DNA of 64,000 nucleotides from Candidatus Omnitrophota bacterium (GTDB taxonomy: Bacteria > Omnitrophota > Gorgyraeia > Gygaellales > UBA12090): NCBI GenBank assembly GCA_030674475.1, contig JAUSCZ010000033.1, forward strand, positions 52,018-116,017, written 5' to 3'. Below are positions 8,653 to 18,943 of the stretch, one piece after another (position 1 is the first letter of the stretch; each line of letters starts with the position of its first letter). The notes below the pieces were generated by a model. That model was not told the origin of the DNA. It searched no databases and was given only the letters and a program-made list of their open reading frames with translations. The translations under genes were made by a program, and so were the position numbers.

Positions 8653-9957
8653 TTGAGTATCGCTATGGATAAGATTAATGTGGGATTAATTGGTTTTGGA
8701 ACGGTAGGTGAGGGCGTGGTCAGGGCATTGCTTACCAGGGAAAAGTTCCTGAAAGAGAAGGTTGGCGCGGGCCTGGTTTTAAAAGCCGTCTGCGATAAGG
8801 ATATCCGGCGTCCGCGTGAGATAAAGGTAAAATCGGGTATTTTAACCACGGATATAAATAGGATTTTAAATGATTCGGATATCCGGATTGTGGTTGAGCT
8901 TATCGGGGGGATACATCCGGCCAAGGAATTTATTTTGGAGGCTTTTAAGCGGGGTAAGCATGTGGTTACCGCTAACAAGGCCCTTTTGGCTGAGTGCGGT
9001 GAAGAGATTTTCCAGGCGGCCAGAAACTACAAGGTTGACCTTTATTTTGAGGCTTCAGTGGGAGGGGGGATTCCGATTATCAAGGCCCTGAGAGAGTCTT
9101 TGGGGGCTAACCATATTGATACCGTGCTGGGAATCGTCAATGGGACATCTAATTATATTCTTACCTCAATGGAAAAGGATGGCTTAAGTTTCAATCAGGC
9201 CCTTTTAGAGGCTAAGAAAAAAGGCTATGCCGAGAAAAACTCAGGCCTAGACATTAAAGGTTTTGACTCCGCGCATAAGCTGGCGATTTTGGCTTTGCTG
9301 GGCTTCGGCAAGAGCGTGAACATAAAAGATATTTATGTGGAGGGAATCGAAGATATCTCTTTAAGCGATATTGAATACGCCCGGGATTTTGGTTATGTGA
9401 TTAAGTTATTAGCTATTGCCAAGAATGTCCGCGGCCAGCTTGAGGTGAGGGTGCATCCCACACTTTTATCCAAAGAGCATCTGCTTTCTAATGTCAGCGG
9501 CGTCTATAATGCTATCTATGTGCACGGAGATTACGCGGGAGGAACGCTTTTCTACGGCAGGGGCGCGGGTTCACGCCCCGCGGCAAGCTCGGTGCTGGGG
9601 GATATAATTGATGTAGCCAGAAACATAAAGAGTGGTTCTGTGGGCCGCGTGCCGGTGTATACCGCGGATAAGACGATTAAGAATCTGCGTCCGATCAGCG
9701 AGATCGAAACCCGCTACTATCTTAGGCTTTCGGTTATTGACCGTCCGGGCGGTTTAGCCAGGATTGCCGATATTCTAGGCCGGCAGGGAATTTCTATCGC
9801 TTCGGTGACTCAAAAAGAAAGGCAGCAGGCCAGGATGGTTCCGGTAGTGATGATGACCCACGACGCCAGGGAAAAGAATATGCGCCTGGCTCTGGATGAG
9901 ATTGACAGACTTGACGCGGTTAAGAAAAAAACCGTGGCCATCAGGGTTGAGCGATAG
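8653..9957 (+). CDS. hom: homoserine dehydrogenase
   Basis: GLIGFGTVGEGV NAD-binding motif, central catalytic domain, C-terminal ACT domain. Confidence 0.9.
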   Translation: MSIAMDKINVGLIGFGTVGEGVVRALLTREKFLKEKVGAGLVLKAVCDKDIRRPREIKVKSGILTTDINRILNDSDIRIVVELIGGIHPAKEFILEAFKRGKHVVTANKALLAECGEEIFQAARNYKVDLYFEASVGGGIPIIKALRESLGANHIDTVLGIVNGTSNYILTSMEKDGLSFNQALLEAKKKGYAEKNSGLDIKGFDSAHKLAILALLGFGKSVNIKDIYVEGIEDISLSDIEYARDFGYVIKLLAIAKNVRGQLEVRVHPTLLSKEHLLSNVSGVYNAIYVHGDYAGGTLFYGRGAGSRPAASSVLGDIIDVARNIKSGSVGRVPVYTADKTIKNLRPISEIETRYYLRLSVIDRPGGLARIADILGRQGISIASVTQKERQQARMVPVVMMTHDAREKNMRLALDEIDRLDAVKKKTVAIRVER

Positions 9958-10120
9958 TGCGCTGTGAATTAATTATTAATATGACAGCGCACAGAGCAAT
10001 TGAGCAATAGAAAATAGAACAATAGAGAAAATAAAAGCTCAATTGCGGTCTAATGCTCAATTGTTCTATTGTTCAAAACAGCAGTTTTGCTATCAATAAC
10101 TAATTTCACAGAGCATTAGA

Positions 10121-11179
10121 ATGTATAGCGGCATAATTGAAAGATTTCGTAAACAGCTTCCTGTTTCTAGAGATACTCCGGTAGTCAGCCTCAAAGAAGG
10201 AAATACCCCTTTAATACTTTCGGATTGCCTGAGCCGAATTATAGGCAAAGGTTTTGAGGTGTATCTGAAATATGAAGGCCTGAATCCCACCGGTTCTTTT
10301 AAAGACCGGGGGATGACCATGGCAGTCTCAAAAGCTAAGGAAGCTGGGAGCAGAGTTATAATCTGTGCCTCAACCGGAAACACCTCGGCTTCGGCAGCCG
10401 CCTACGCCGCCAAGGCTGGCATTAAATGCGTGGTTTTAATCCCGGAGGGGGCGATTGCCCTGGGTAAGCTGGCTCAGGCCCTTATCCACGGGGCCAAGGT
10501 TCTGGCGGTCAGGGGAAATTTTGACCAGGCCCTTAGCTTAGTCAAGGAGATTGCCGCCAAATATTCAATTACTTTGGTAAATTCCCTTAATCCTTATCGC
10601 TTAGAAGGGCAGAAGACCGCGGCCTTTGAAATTTGCGAGGATTTAGGATGTGCCCCGGATTTTCAATGTATTCCGGTAGGCAACGCCGGAAACATCACTG
10701 CTTATTGGAAAGGTTATAAGGAATATAAACAGAACGGTAAGATTGAATTTCTACCTAAAATGCTGGGATTTCAAGCTCGGGGAGCAGCCCCGATTGTGAA
10801 AGGGCACCCCATAAAAAATCCTAAAACTATCGCTACCGCCATCAGGATAGGTAACCCGGCAAGCTGGCGTCAGGCGGAGGCGGCCCGCGATGAATCCCGC
10901 GGTTTAATTGACGCGGTCAGCGACGCTGAGATAATCTCGGCCTATAAATTACTGGCTTCTCGTGAAGGCATCTTTGTTGAGCCGGCCTCGGCGGCCTCAG
11001 TTGCCGGTTTATTGAAATTAGTCAAAAGCGGATATTTTAAGAAATCACCAATCACCAAGATAGTTTGTATTCTGACTGGCCATGGCCTTAAGGATCCGGA
11101 GCGGGTAATTAAAGTTATCAAAAGACCCAAAGTGGTTAAGGCGGAATTGAAAGCTGTTCTTAAAGAAATTGGATATTAA
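10121..11179 (+). CDS. thrC: threonine synthase
   Basis: PLP lysine motif SFKDRGM; sits downstream of hom. Confidence 0.9.
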   Translation: MYSGIIERFRKQLPVSRDTPVVSLKEGNTPLILSDCLSRIIGKGFEVYLKYEGLNPTGSFKDRGMTMAVSKAKEAGSRVIICASTGNTSASAAAYAAKAGIKCVVLIPEGAIALGKLAQALIHGAKVLAVRGNFDQALSLVKEIAAKYSITLVNSLNPYRLEGQKTAAFEICEDLGCAPDFQCIPVGNAGNITAYWKGYKEYKQNGKIEFLPKMLGFQARGAAPIVKGHPIKNPKTIATAIRIGNPASWRQAEAARDESRGLIDAVSDAEIISAYKLLASREGIFVEPASAASVAGLLKLVKSGYFKKSPITKIVCILTGHGLKDPERVIKVIKRPKVVKAELKAVLKEIGY

Positions 11180-11846
11180 AGCAGAGCTAAGAACTAAGAA
11201 TCCAAAATTAAGAAATAAGCGGGTTTTGATTACTGCCGGGCCGACCTGGGTTCCTGTAGATGAGGTGAGGGTTATTTCAAATATAGCCAGCGGGGAGACC
11301 GGAATCCTGCTGGCGGAAAAACTGCTTAAACATGGAGCCGGGGTAACTCTGGTCCTGGGTCCGGTAGAGTCCTGTAGTATCAGTGGTTCGACTACGCCCA
11401 GGATTGATAAAAAGATTAAGCTGGTAAGATTTAAATTCTTTGATCAGCTAAGAAGCCGGCTTAAAAAAGAACTTCTTTCTAAAAACTACGATTGTGTCAT
11501 CCACTGCGCGGCAGTCTCTGATTTTAGGCCGTTAAATCCAATCAAGGGAAAACTTGCTTCGAATAAGACCCATAATCTGAAATTAACCGTTTTACCTAAG
11601 ATAGTCAACGAAATACGGAAATTACACCCCGCGGCAAAATTAGTGATGTTTAAGCTGGAGGCGGGTATTTCCGATATTGAGTTGATCCGCAGGGCCCGCG
11701 AAGCCTTGCTTAAGGCTCGAGCGGATTTAATAGTGGCCAATAGAATTACTCCTTCCTATAAAGCTTTTATTCTTAATAAGAATGAAACCCTGGGCTGTGT
11801 CCATTCCAAGAAAGAATTAGCGGATAAATTGGCTGATTTAATTTAG
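11169..11846 (+). CDS. coaB: phosphopantothenate--cysteine ligase (stand-alone CoaB domain)
   Basis: [25 protein letters not shown] matches the CoaB motif; ~225 aa. Confidence 0.7.
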   Translation: MDIKAELRTKNPKLRNKRVLITAGPTWVPVDEVRVISNIASGETGILLAEKLLKHGAGVTLVLGPVESCSISGSTTPRIDKKIKLVRFKFFDQLRSRLKKELLSKNYDCVIHCAAVSDFRPLNPIKGKLASNKTHNLKLTVLPKIVNEIRKLHPAAKLVMFKLEAGISDIELIRRAREALLKARADLIVANRITPSYKAFILNKNETLGCVHSKKELADKLADLI

Positions 11847-11886
11847 ATTGAGCAGAATTGTCTAAGAAAATACTTGAGGTGAAGTT

Positions 11887-13080
11887 TTGAAATATCTTAT
11901 CTTAGTCGGGGATGGGATGGGGGATTATCCTATTGAGAGCCTGGGGAATAAAACTCCTCTGGAATACGCCAAGACCCCGAATATGGATTTCCTGGCCACA
12001 AACGGTAAGCTGGGATTAGTCAGAACTATCCCCGAGGGCCTGTCCCCGGCCTCGGATGTGGCTAACCTGGCCATATTCGGCTATGATCCTAAGGTTTACT
12101 ATTCCGGAAGAGGGCCGTTTGAGGCGGCTAATTTAGGGGTCGCGCTTAAGGATGATGAGATTGCCTTTCGTTGTAATTTAATTACGGCGAGCGCGGATAA
12201 ACTCATTGACTACAGCGCCGGCCATATTTCCACCAAAGAGGCTAAGGTCTTGATAGAATTCTTAGATGAGAAATTAGGCTCTCCGGAGCTGAAATTTTAT
12301 CCCGGGGTAAGTTATCGGCACCTGGTAGTGGTCAAGGCTAAAGGCTTAACAGCGCGCTGTGTCCCCCCGCACGATATTACCGGAAGAGAATTCAAAAAAT
12401 ACCTGCCTAAGGGCCCGGATGCCCAATTTTTGGTATCTCTGATGCAGGAATCGGCGAAGATTTTAGCCGAGCACGAGGTAAATCAGGTCAGGATTGACCT
12501 GAAAGAAAACCCGGCGAATATGATTTGGCTCTGGGGTCAGGGAAAAAGGCCGTCCCTGGTCAGCCTTAAAGACAAATATGGAATAAGCGGCTCAGTTATT
12601 TCAGCGGTGGACTTGATCAAAGGGATTGGCCGCGTAGCCGGTTTAGAGGTTATAAATGTTCCCGGGGCCACCGGTTATTATGATACTAATTACCTGGGGA
12701 AAGCCGAGGCGGCAATCGCTGCGTTTAAAACTAAAGATTTAGTGTATCTGCATGTGGAGGCCCCGGACGAGGCCTCCCATAACGGCAATATGCAGGAGAA
12801 GATTTTGGCCATTGAGCGATTTGACCAATTAGTGGTAGGAACAATCTTAGAGGCTTTAAAAAAGAAAGAGGATTTTAGAATCCTTCTTCTGCCTGACCAC
12901 GCCACACCCCTGGCCCTGCGCACCCATACCGCTGACAGCGTTTGTTTCGCGCTGTACGGAAAGGGTATTTCCGCCTGCGGTCTAGAGGGATTTAACGAGG
13001 CCCAGGCCAAGAAAAGCGGCATATTCCTGGACCAGGCCCATATCCTGATGGATAGGCTGATTAAGGAAGAGGAAATATAG
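11887..13080 (+). CDS. cofactor-independent phosphoglycerate mutase (ApgM) family; probable non-canonical homoserine kinase
   Basis: N-terminal LILVGDGMGD and C-terminal LLPDHATP metal-binding motifs of the ApgM/PF01676 family. Embedded between thrC and lysC. Confidence 0.7.
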   Translation: MKYLILVGDGMGDYPIESLGNKTPLEYAKTPNMDFLATNGKLGLVRTIPEGLSPASDVANLAIFGYDPKVYYSGRGPFEAANLGVALKDDEIAFRCNLITASADKLIDYSAGHISTKEAKVLIEFLDEKLGSPELKFYPGVSYRHLVVVKAKGLTARCVPPHDITGREFKKYLPKGPDAQFLVSLMQESAKILAEHEVNQVRIDLKENPANMIWLWGQGKRPSLVSLKDKYGISGSVISAVDLIKGIGRVAGLEVINVPGATGYYDTNYLGKAEAAIAAFKTKDLVYLHVEAPDEASHNGNMQEKILAIERFDQLVVGTILEALKKKEDFRILLLPDHATPLALRTHTADSVCFALYGKGISACGLEGFNEAQAKKSGIFLDQAHILMDRLIKEEEI

Positions 13081-13088
13081 ATTTGGGT

Positions 13089-13135
13089 GCGATAAATCGC
13101 ACCGCTACGGTAGCGGCGCCATTTATGGCGCTAAT
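13089..13135 (+). repeat. triple-hairpin intergenic element, copy 1 (gcgataaatcgc / ccgctacggtagcgg / gcgccatttatggcgc)
   Basis: Near-identical 47 nt copy at 47349-47395. Both lie immediately 5' of an RBS. Confidence 0.85.
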
Positions 13136-13153
13136 GTGCTAGGAGGTAATTGC

Positions 13154-14422
13154 GTGGGAAGACTGATTGTGCAGAAATACGGCGGCTCTTCGGTAGCTAA
13201 TCCTGAAAGAATCAAGAATGTGGCTCGCCGGGTGGTTGACTATAAGAAAAAAGGCAATGATTTGGTGGTGGTGGTTTCGGCCTTAGGAGACACTACCGAC
13301 GAGTTGATTGAGCTGGCCGCTAAAATTTCAGACAATCCTCCGGAAAGGGAGATGGATATGCTGCTTTCTACCGGTGAGCAGATTTCAGTTGCCCTTCTGG
13401 CTATGGCCATTCAGGAATTGGGGTTTGAGGCAATTTCTTTAACCGGCTCGCAGGTGGGCATTATTACCGATACCGTGCACACCAAGGCCCGGATTGTCAA
13501 AATTGAGGCCCAGAAACTGCGCCAGGAACTAAAAAAAGGCAGGATTGTGATTGTCGCCGGTTTCCAGGGGATGACCCCGGATCAGGATATTACCACCCTG
13601 GGAAGAGGGGGCTCGGATTTAAGCGCGGTGGCCCTGGCTAAGACCCTGGGGGCTGATGAGTGCGAGATCTATACCGATGTTGAGGGGATATTTACCGCTG
13701 ATCCGCGCGTTGAGCCCAGGGCGCGTAAACTTGAAAACATCACTTATGATGAGATGTTGGAGATGGCCTCATTAGGCGCCCAGGTAATGCAGGCGCGCTC
13801 AATCGAGGTGGCTAAGAAATTTGATGTGCCGATACATGTCAGGTCCTCATTTTCACGAAAACGAGGGACAATGATTATCAGGGAGGTAAAGAATATGGAA
13901 GATGTTTTGGTTACCGGGGTAACCTTAAATAAGAATGAGTCTAAAATTACTGTGTGCGATGTCCCGGATAAGCCCGGTATCGCCGCCAGGATTTTTACTC
14001 AGCTTTCCGAGGGCGGCATCAATGTGGATATGATTGTGCAGAATGTCTCGCATACCAAGCAGACTGATATTTCTTTTACTGTTCCTAAAAACGACGGGGC
14101 CAGGGCAATCAGGTTGACTAAAAAGGCGGCCAGCGGCTTGGGCTATGGGAAGCCCAACCACGGCCCTCTGGCCAGCGGCTTGGGAGAGCTTCAGGTGTTG
14201 GAGGATTCGGATATCGCTAGGATTTCCATAGTCGGGGTAGGGATGAAAACTCATTCCGGGGTAGCCGCTAAAATGTTTGAAACCCTGGCTGAGGAGAAGA
14301 TAAATATTGAGATGATTTCTACCTCCGAGATCAGCATCTCTTGTATCATCAAGAAAAAATCCGCCGAAATCGCCCTCAGGGCCCTGCATCATAAATTCGG
14401 CTTGGATAAAATAAATAAATAA
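13154..14422 (+). CDS. lysC: aspartate kinase with ACT domains
   Basis: IVQKYGGSS start motif; AGGAGG RBS before GTG 13154 (the ORF is open from 13136); two C-terminal ACT repeats. Confidence 0.9.
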   Translation: MGRLIVQKYGGSSVANPERIKNVARRVVDYKKKGNDLVVVVSALGDTTDELIELAAKISDNPPEREMDMLLSTGEQISVALLAMAIQELGFEAISLTGSQVGIITDTVHTKARIVKIEAQKLRQELKKGRIVIVAGFQGMTPDQDITTLGRGGSDLSAVALAKTLGADECEIYTDVEGIFTADPRVEPRARKLENITYDEMLEMASLGAQVMQARSIEVAKKFDVPIHVRSSFSRKRGTMIIREVKNMEDVLVTGVTLNKNESKITVCDVPDKPGIAARIFTQLSEGGINVDMIVQNVSHTKQTDISFTVPKNDGARAIRLTKKAASGLGYGKPNHGPLASGLGELQVLEDSDIARISIVGVGMKTHSGVAAKMFETLAEEKINIEMISTSEISISCIIKKKSAEIALRALHHKFGLDKINK

Positions 14423-14546
14423 AAGACATCCTACTAATGAGAAAGAAACGGGGATGTCTGATTACAACGATTAAAAGGCAGATTACAGAGATTAAAACAG
14501 GTATAATCTTTATGTTTATCTCTGAAGATTACACCAGAGAGGGACT

Positions 14547-16112
14547 ATGCGTAAAATAGAACTTTACGATACCACTTTGCGTGACGGGGCCCAGACCGAG
14601 GGGATTTCCTATTCGGTCCAGGATAAGGTGCGGATTGCCCGAAAGCTTGATCAGATGGGAGTCCACTTTATTGAGGCGGGCTGGCCGGCTAACCCTAAGG
14701 ATAAGGAAGTTTTTAAGATTTTAAGAAACCAGCCGCTTAAGAACGCCGTCCTTACCGCTTTTGGGGCCACTCGCCGGGCGGATAAAAAAGTAAATCTTGA
14801 CCCCAGCCTAAAAAGCATACTTGAGGCCCAAACCAAAGCGGTTACCATCTTCGGTAAGACCTGGGATTTGCATATTAAGGATGTTTTAAAGATTTCTTTG
14901 GAGGAAAATCTTAAAATAATCGCGGATACGGTTTTCTATCTGGTTTCCAAAGGAAAGACCGTGATTTATGACTGCGAGCATTTTTTTGACGGCTATAAGA
15001 GCAATCCCGAATACGCCTTAAAGACGGTTTTGGCCGCCCAGGATGCCGGGGCCGCCAGAATAGTCTTTTGCGATACTAACGGCGGGACAATAAGTTCGGA
15101 GTTGATCCGGATTATTCACCAGGTTGCCCCCAAATTAAAGGCGGCCTTGGGAATCCACGCCCATAATGATTTAGGTTTGGCGGTGGCTAATTCTATCCTC
15201 GCGCTTGAAAACGGCTTTACCCATGTTCAGGGAACCTTTAACGGTTATGGTGAACGCTGCGGTAATGCCGATCTCTCCACCATCATCGGGATTTTAAAGA
15301 CTAAGCTGAATCTTGACTGTATCCCGGACAAGAATCTCAAAGAGCTGACCAAAACCTCGCATTTTATCAGCGAGATTTCCAATCTGCGCCAACAGCCGAA
15401 TCAACCCTTTGTGGGGGCCTCCGCCTTCGCGCATAAGGGCGGGGTGCATATTGATGCCATGCTCAAGAACCCCAAGACCTACGAGCATATTGACCCGGAC
15501 TTGGTTGGCAATCACCGCCGGCTTTTGGCTTCCGAGCTCTCTGGCAAGATGCCTATTGTCTTAAAGGCCAAGGAATTTGCTATTGACTTGGATAAAAAAT
15601 CACCCCAAGCCAGGAAAATCTTAAAGTTACTGCAGGATTTAGAGCACCAGGGTTATCAGTTTGAAGCCGCGGATGCCTCTTTTGAAATCCTGATTAAGCG
15701 CGCCCTTAAACAATACAACAAATTTTTTGATTTGGAGAGTTTTCGGGTGGTGGTGGAAAAAAAGCCTGACGGAAAGATTACCTCGGAGGCGATTATCAAG
15801 GTAAGGGTTAAAGGAATGTTGGAGCATACCGCCGCCGACGGAGACGGCCCGGTGAACGCCCTGGATAATGCCCTGCGTAAAGCCCTGAAATCTTTCTATC
15901 CTAATTTAAGCCGGATGCATCTGTCGGACTTTAAGGTGCGGGTGCTGGACGAGAAGGCCGGCACTGCCGCCAGGGTGCGGGTGCTCATCCAGTCCCAGGA
16001 TGAAAAGGATTCCTGGGGAACGGTAGGGGTATCCGGGAATATCATTGAGGCCAGCTGGCAGGCCCTGGTAGACAGCGTGGAGTATAAGCTGTTAAAAGAC
16101 GGAACAAAATAA
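14547..16112 (+). CDS. cimA: (R)-citramalate synthase / 2-isopropylmalate synthase family
   Basis: YDTTLRDGAQ HMGL-like motif; ~520 aa with a LeuA-dimer C-terminal domain. Confidence 0.8.
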   Translation: MRKIELYDTTLRDGAQTEGISYSVQDKVRIARKLDQMGVHFIEAGWPANPKDKEVFKILRNQPLKNAVLTAFGATRRADKKVNLDPSLKSILEAQTKAVTIFGKTWDLHIKDVLKISLEENLKIIADTVFYLVSKGKTVIYDCEHFFDGYKSNPEYALKTVLAAQDAGAARIVFCDTNGGTISSELIRIIHQVAPKLKAALGIHAHNDLGLAVANSILALENGFTHVQGTFNGYGERCGNADLSTIIGILKTKLNLDCIPDKNLKELTKTSHFISEISNLRQQPNQPFVGASAFAHKGGVHIDAMLKNPKTYEHIDPDLVGNHRRLLASELSGKMPIVLKAKEFAIDLDKKSPQARKILKLLQDLEHQGYQFEAADASFEILIKRALKQYNKFFDLESFRVVVEKKPDGKITSEAIIKVRVKGMLEHTAADGDGPVNALDNALRKALKSFYPNLSRMHLSDFKVRVLDEKAGTAARVRVLIQSQDEKDSWGTVGVSGNIIEASWQALVDSVEYKLLKDGTK

Positions 16113-16120
16113 AAGAAGCT

Positions 16121-18943
16121 ATGATTGAGTTGAATAGCCACTACGAACCTAAAGAGGTTGAGGATAGGATATATGCCTTTTGGCAGGAGCGGAATTTATT
16201 TGCCACCAAGGCCAATCCTGGCAAGAAGCCTTTCTGCATTGTTATCCCTCCGCCTAATGTTACCGGTATCTTGCATATGGGCCATGCCTTGAATAATACC
16301 TATCAGGATATTTTAATCCGCCTGAACCGGATGCGGGGTTTTGAGTCTTTATGGATGTCCGGTACCGACCACGCCGGAATTGCCACCCAGAATGTAGTTG
16401 AGCGTAAGCTGGCCAAGGAAGGCTTAAAGCGCCAGGATTTAGGCCGGGATAAGTTTTTAGAGAGGGTTTGGCAGTGGAAGGAGGAATACGGCTCAACCAT
16501 AATTAAACAGCTGAAGAAATTAGGGTCTTCCTGTGATTGGGAGCGCACCAGATTTACTATGGATGAGGAGTATTCTCAAGCGGTGCGGGAGGTTTTTGTC
16601 AGGCTGTGGGATAAGGGCCTGATTTATCAGGGGGATAGGATCATCAACTGGTGCCCCCGCTGCCAGACCGCCTTATCCGATGAAGAGGCAGTGCATCATG
16701 AAATTAACGGGAATTTGTATTACATAAAATATCCAATTAAGCCGACAGCTGACAGCCGACAGCTGACAGCCGACTATATTGTGGTGGCGACTACCCGGCC
16801 GGAGACAATGCTGGGGGATACGGCGGTGGCGGTTAATTCCAAAGACCGGCGGTATAAAAAACTTATCGGCCAGACGGTTATTTTACCTTTACTTGAGCGG
16901 GAAATTAAAATTATCGCCGATGAATTCGTGGATTCAAAATTCGGCACCGGCGCGGTAAAGGTTACTCCGGCGCATGATCCTAATGATTATGAGATGGGCA
17001 AGCGCCATAATCTGGAATTTATCAACATAATGCATCCGGACGCGCTCTTGAATGTCAATGCCGGGGAATACGCGGGCAGGGACAGGTTTGAGGCCCGGGA
17101 GGCCATAATAGAAGATTTAAGAGCAAGAAAGCTTCTGGAGAAGATAGAACCGCATACACATTCGGTCGGTCATTGTTACCGCTGCAATACCATAGTTGAA
17201 CCGTATTTATCCCGGCAGTGGTTTGTGAAGATGAAACCCTTGGCTGAACCGGCAATTAAGGCAGTTAAAGACGGCACAATTAAATTCTACCCTAAGCGCT
17301 GGACGAAGGTATATTTGAATTGGATGGAAAACATCCGCGATTGGTGTATCTCCCGGCAGATTTGGTGGGGACATCGGCTTCCTGTTTATTATTGCAAGAA
17401 ATGTCAGGAAACAGGAAGCCTAAATTCAAAAGTCAAAAGTCAAAACTCAAAATCCGCGTTTAATGGGATAACAGTATCAAAAGATAAATTAGATAAATGC
17501 CCTGTGTGCGGGTCGGGGGATATTTATCAGGATGAAGATGTCTTGGATACCTGGTTTTCTTCCTGGCTGTGGCCTTTTGCCACCTTTGGCTGGCCGTTTC
17601 AGCCCTCAGTCGAAAGCCGAAAGCCGAAAGCCGAAAGCCATAACCCGCAAGCTGACTTAGATTATTTTTATCCCACCTCGGTTTTAGTTACTGCTCCGGA
17701 GATAATTTTTTTCTGGGTGGCCCGGATGATTATGGCTGGTTTTGAGTTTATGGGTAAAGAACCGTTTCGGGATGTCTATATCCATGGCACGGTCCGGGAT
17801 ATCGAAGGTAAAAAGATGTCAAAATCATTAGGCAATATCATTGACCCCTTAAATATTATCGCTCAATACGGCAGTGATGCCTTAAGATTCAGCCTGATGT
17901 CTTTAACCTCCGTGGGTCAGGATGTCTATCTATCGGAGCAGAAATTTGAACTGGGCAGGAATTTTGCCAATAAGCTTTGGAACGCCTCGCGTTTTTCATT
18001 GATGAATCTGGATTTGAAGGTGGTGAATACGGATCTTTGCCTGTTTTTTAAAAAAGAAAAATTGGAATTGCCGGAGCGCTGGATTTTGAGCCGATTTTAC
18101 TCGATGCTTCAATCTTTGAATAAAGCTTTGGACAGCTATAACTTTAATCAGGCCTCTGGTATTCTTTATGAATTTACCTGGCATGAATTCTGCGATTGGT
18201 ATTTAGAATTGGCCAAGCCAATTCTAGTAAACAGAGAACCCTTCGACTCCGCTCAGGGCAGGCAGAGTGCAGAGAACAGAAATACCCAGATAGTTTTATA
18301 TAAAGTTTTAGAAAAGACCCTGAGGTGCCTGCATCCTTTTATGCCGTTTATTACTGAGGAAATCTGGCAGAAATTGATAGTAGGGGCAGGTTCAGAACCT
18401 GCCCCTACCGAAAGCATTATGACTCAGCCCTGGCCGCACATCCAGAAGCAGATGATTGATAAAAAGGCCGAAGGCGCTATGCGAATAGCCATTGAGGTTA
18501 TTACCGCGATCCGGAATCTCAAGGCCCAAATGAAACTCACTTCGGCTCAAATCGTCAAGGTCAGCTTGTTAACCAAAGACCAGAAGACTCAAAAGATTTT
18601 GGATCAGGTCTCTAAATATATTATCAATCTGGCTAAGCTAGAAGGGTTGAATATCGGTTCGGAAGATTTGACGCGTAAAAGAGGCGTCAGCGCTATTGCC
18701 GGGAACATCCAGGTGTTCTTGGAACTGGAGGGGTTGATTGATATAGAAAAAGAGATAGAAAAACTAAATAAAGAAATAGAAAGCTTAAGTAAGGATGTAA
18801 AGGCTAAGGAAGCCCGCTTAGGCAATAAGGAGTTTAATGAGAAGGCCCCTCCTGAGATTGTGGAAAAAGAGAAGGAATTATTAGCCGCGGGTAAAGAAAA
18901 GTTAACTCACCTGAATAAAATCATCCATGAGCTTAAAAAATAA
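16121..18943 (+). CDS. valS: valine--tRNA ligase
   Basis: HMGH and KMSKS motifs, C-terminal coiled coil. Contains three in-frame short tandem repeat insertions. Confidence 0.95.
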   Translation: MIELNSHYEPKEVEDRIYAFWQERNLFATKANPGKKPFCIVIPPPNVTGILHMGHALNNTYQDILIRLNRMRGFESLWMSGTDHAGIATQNVVERKLAKEGLKRQDLGRDKFLERVWQWKEEYGSTIIKQLKKLGSSCDWERTRFTMDEEYSQAVREVFVRLWDKGLIYQGDRIINWCPRCQTALSDEEAVHHEINGNLYYIKYPIKPTADSRQLTADYIVVATTRPETMLGDTAVAVNSKDRRYKKLIGQTVILPLLEREIKIIADEFVDSKFGTGAVKVTPAHDPNDYEMGKRHNLEFINIMHPDALLNVNAGEYAGRDRFEAREAIIEDLRARKLLEKIEPHTHSVGHCYRCNTIVEPYLSRQWFVKMKPLAEPAIKAVKDGTIKFYPKRWTKVYLNWMENIRDWCISRQIWWGHRLPVYYCKKCQETGSLNSKVKSQNSKSAFNGITVSKDKLDKCPVCGSGDIYQDEDVLDTWFSSWLWPFATFGWPFQPSVESRKPKAESHNPQADLDYFYPTSVLVTAPEIIFFWVARMIMAGFEFMGKEPFRDVYIHGTVRDIEGKKMSKSLGNIIDPLNIIAQYGSDALRFSLMSLTSVGQDVYLSEQKFELGRNFANKLWNASRFSLMNLDLKVVNTDLCLFFKKEKLELPERWILSRFYSMLQSLNKALDSYNFNQASGILYEFTWHEFCDWYLELAKPILVNREPFDSAQGRQSAENRNTQIVLYKVLEKTLRCLHPFMPFITEEIWQKLIVGAGSEPAPTESIMTQPWPHIQKQMIDKKAEGAMRIAIEVITAIRNLKAQMKLTSAQIVKVSLLTKDQKTQKILDQVSKYIINLAKLEGLNIGSEDLTRKRGVSAIAGNIQVFLELEGLIDIEKEIEKLNKEIESLSKDVKAKEARLGNKEFNEKAPPEIVEKEKELLAAGKEKLTHLNKIIHELKK
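16741..16774. repeat. tandem repeat (cagctga/cagccga 14-mer x ~2.4) inside valS
   Basis: Direct reading; encodes TADSRQLTAD. Confidence 0.9.
17422..17452. repeat. heptamer tandem repeat (aaattca/aaagtca/aaagtca/aaactca) inside valS
   Basis: Direct reading; encodes LNSKVKSQNSKS. Confidence 0.9.
17611..17638. repeat. heptamer tandem repeat (cgaaagc)x4 inside valS
   Basis: Direct reading; encodes ESRKPKAES. Confidence 0.9.

Noticed and set aside
11887-13080. Glycolytic phosphoglycerate mutase annotation
   Set aside because: The family is correct (ApgM/PF01676). The operon context (hom-thrC-...-lysC) and the known PGM-like homoserine kinases make a glycolytic role less likely.
13925-14392. 155-aa minus-strand ORF inside lysC
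   Set aside because: Antisense to a well-supported aspartokinase ACT region. No independent support.
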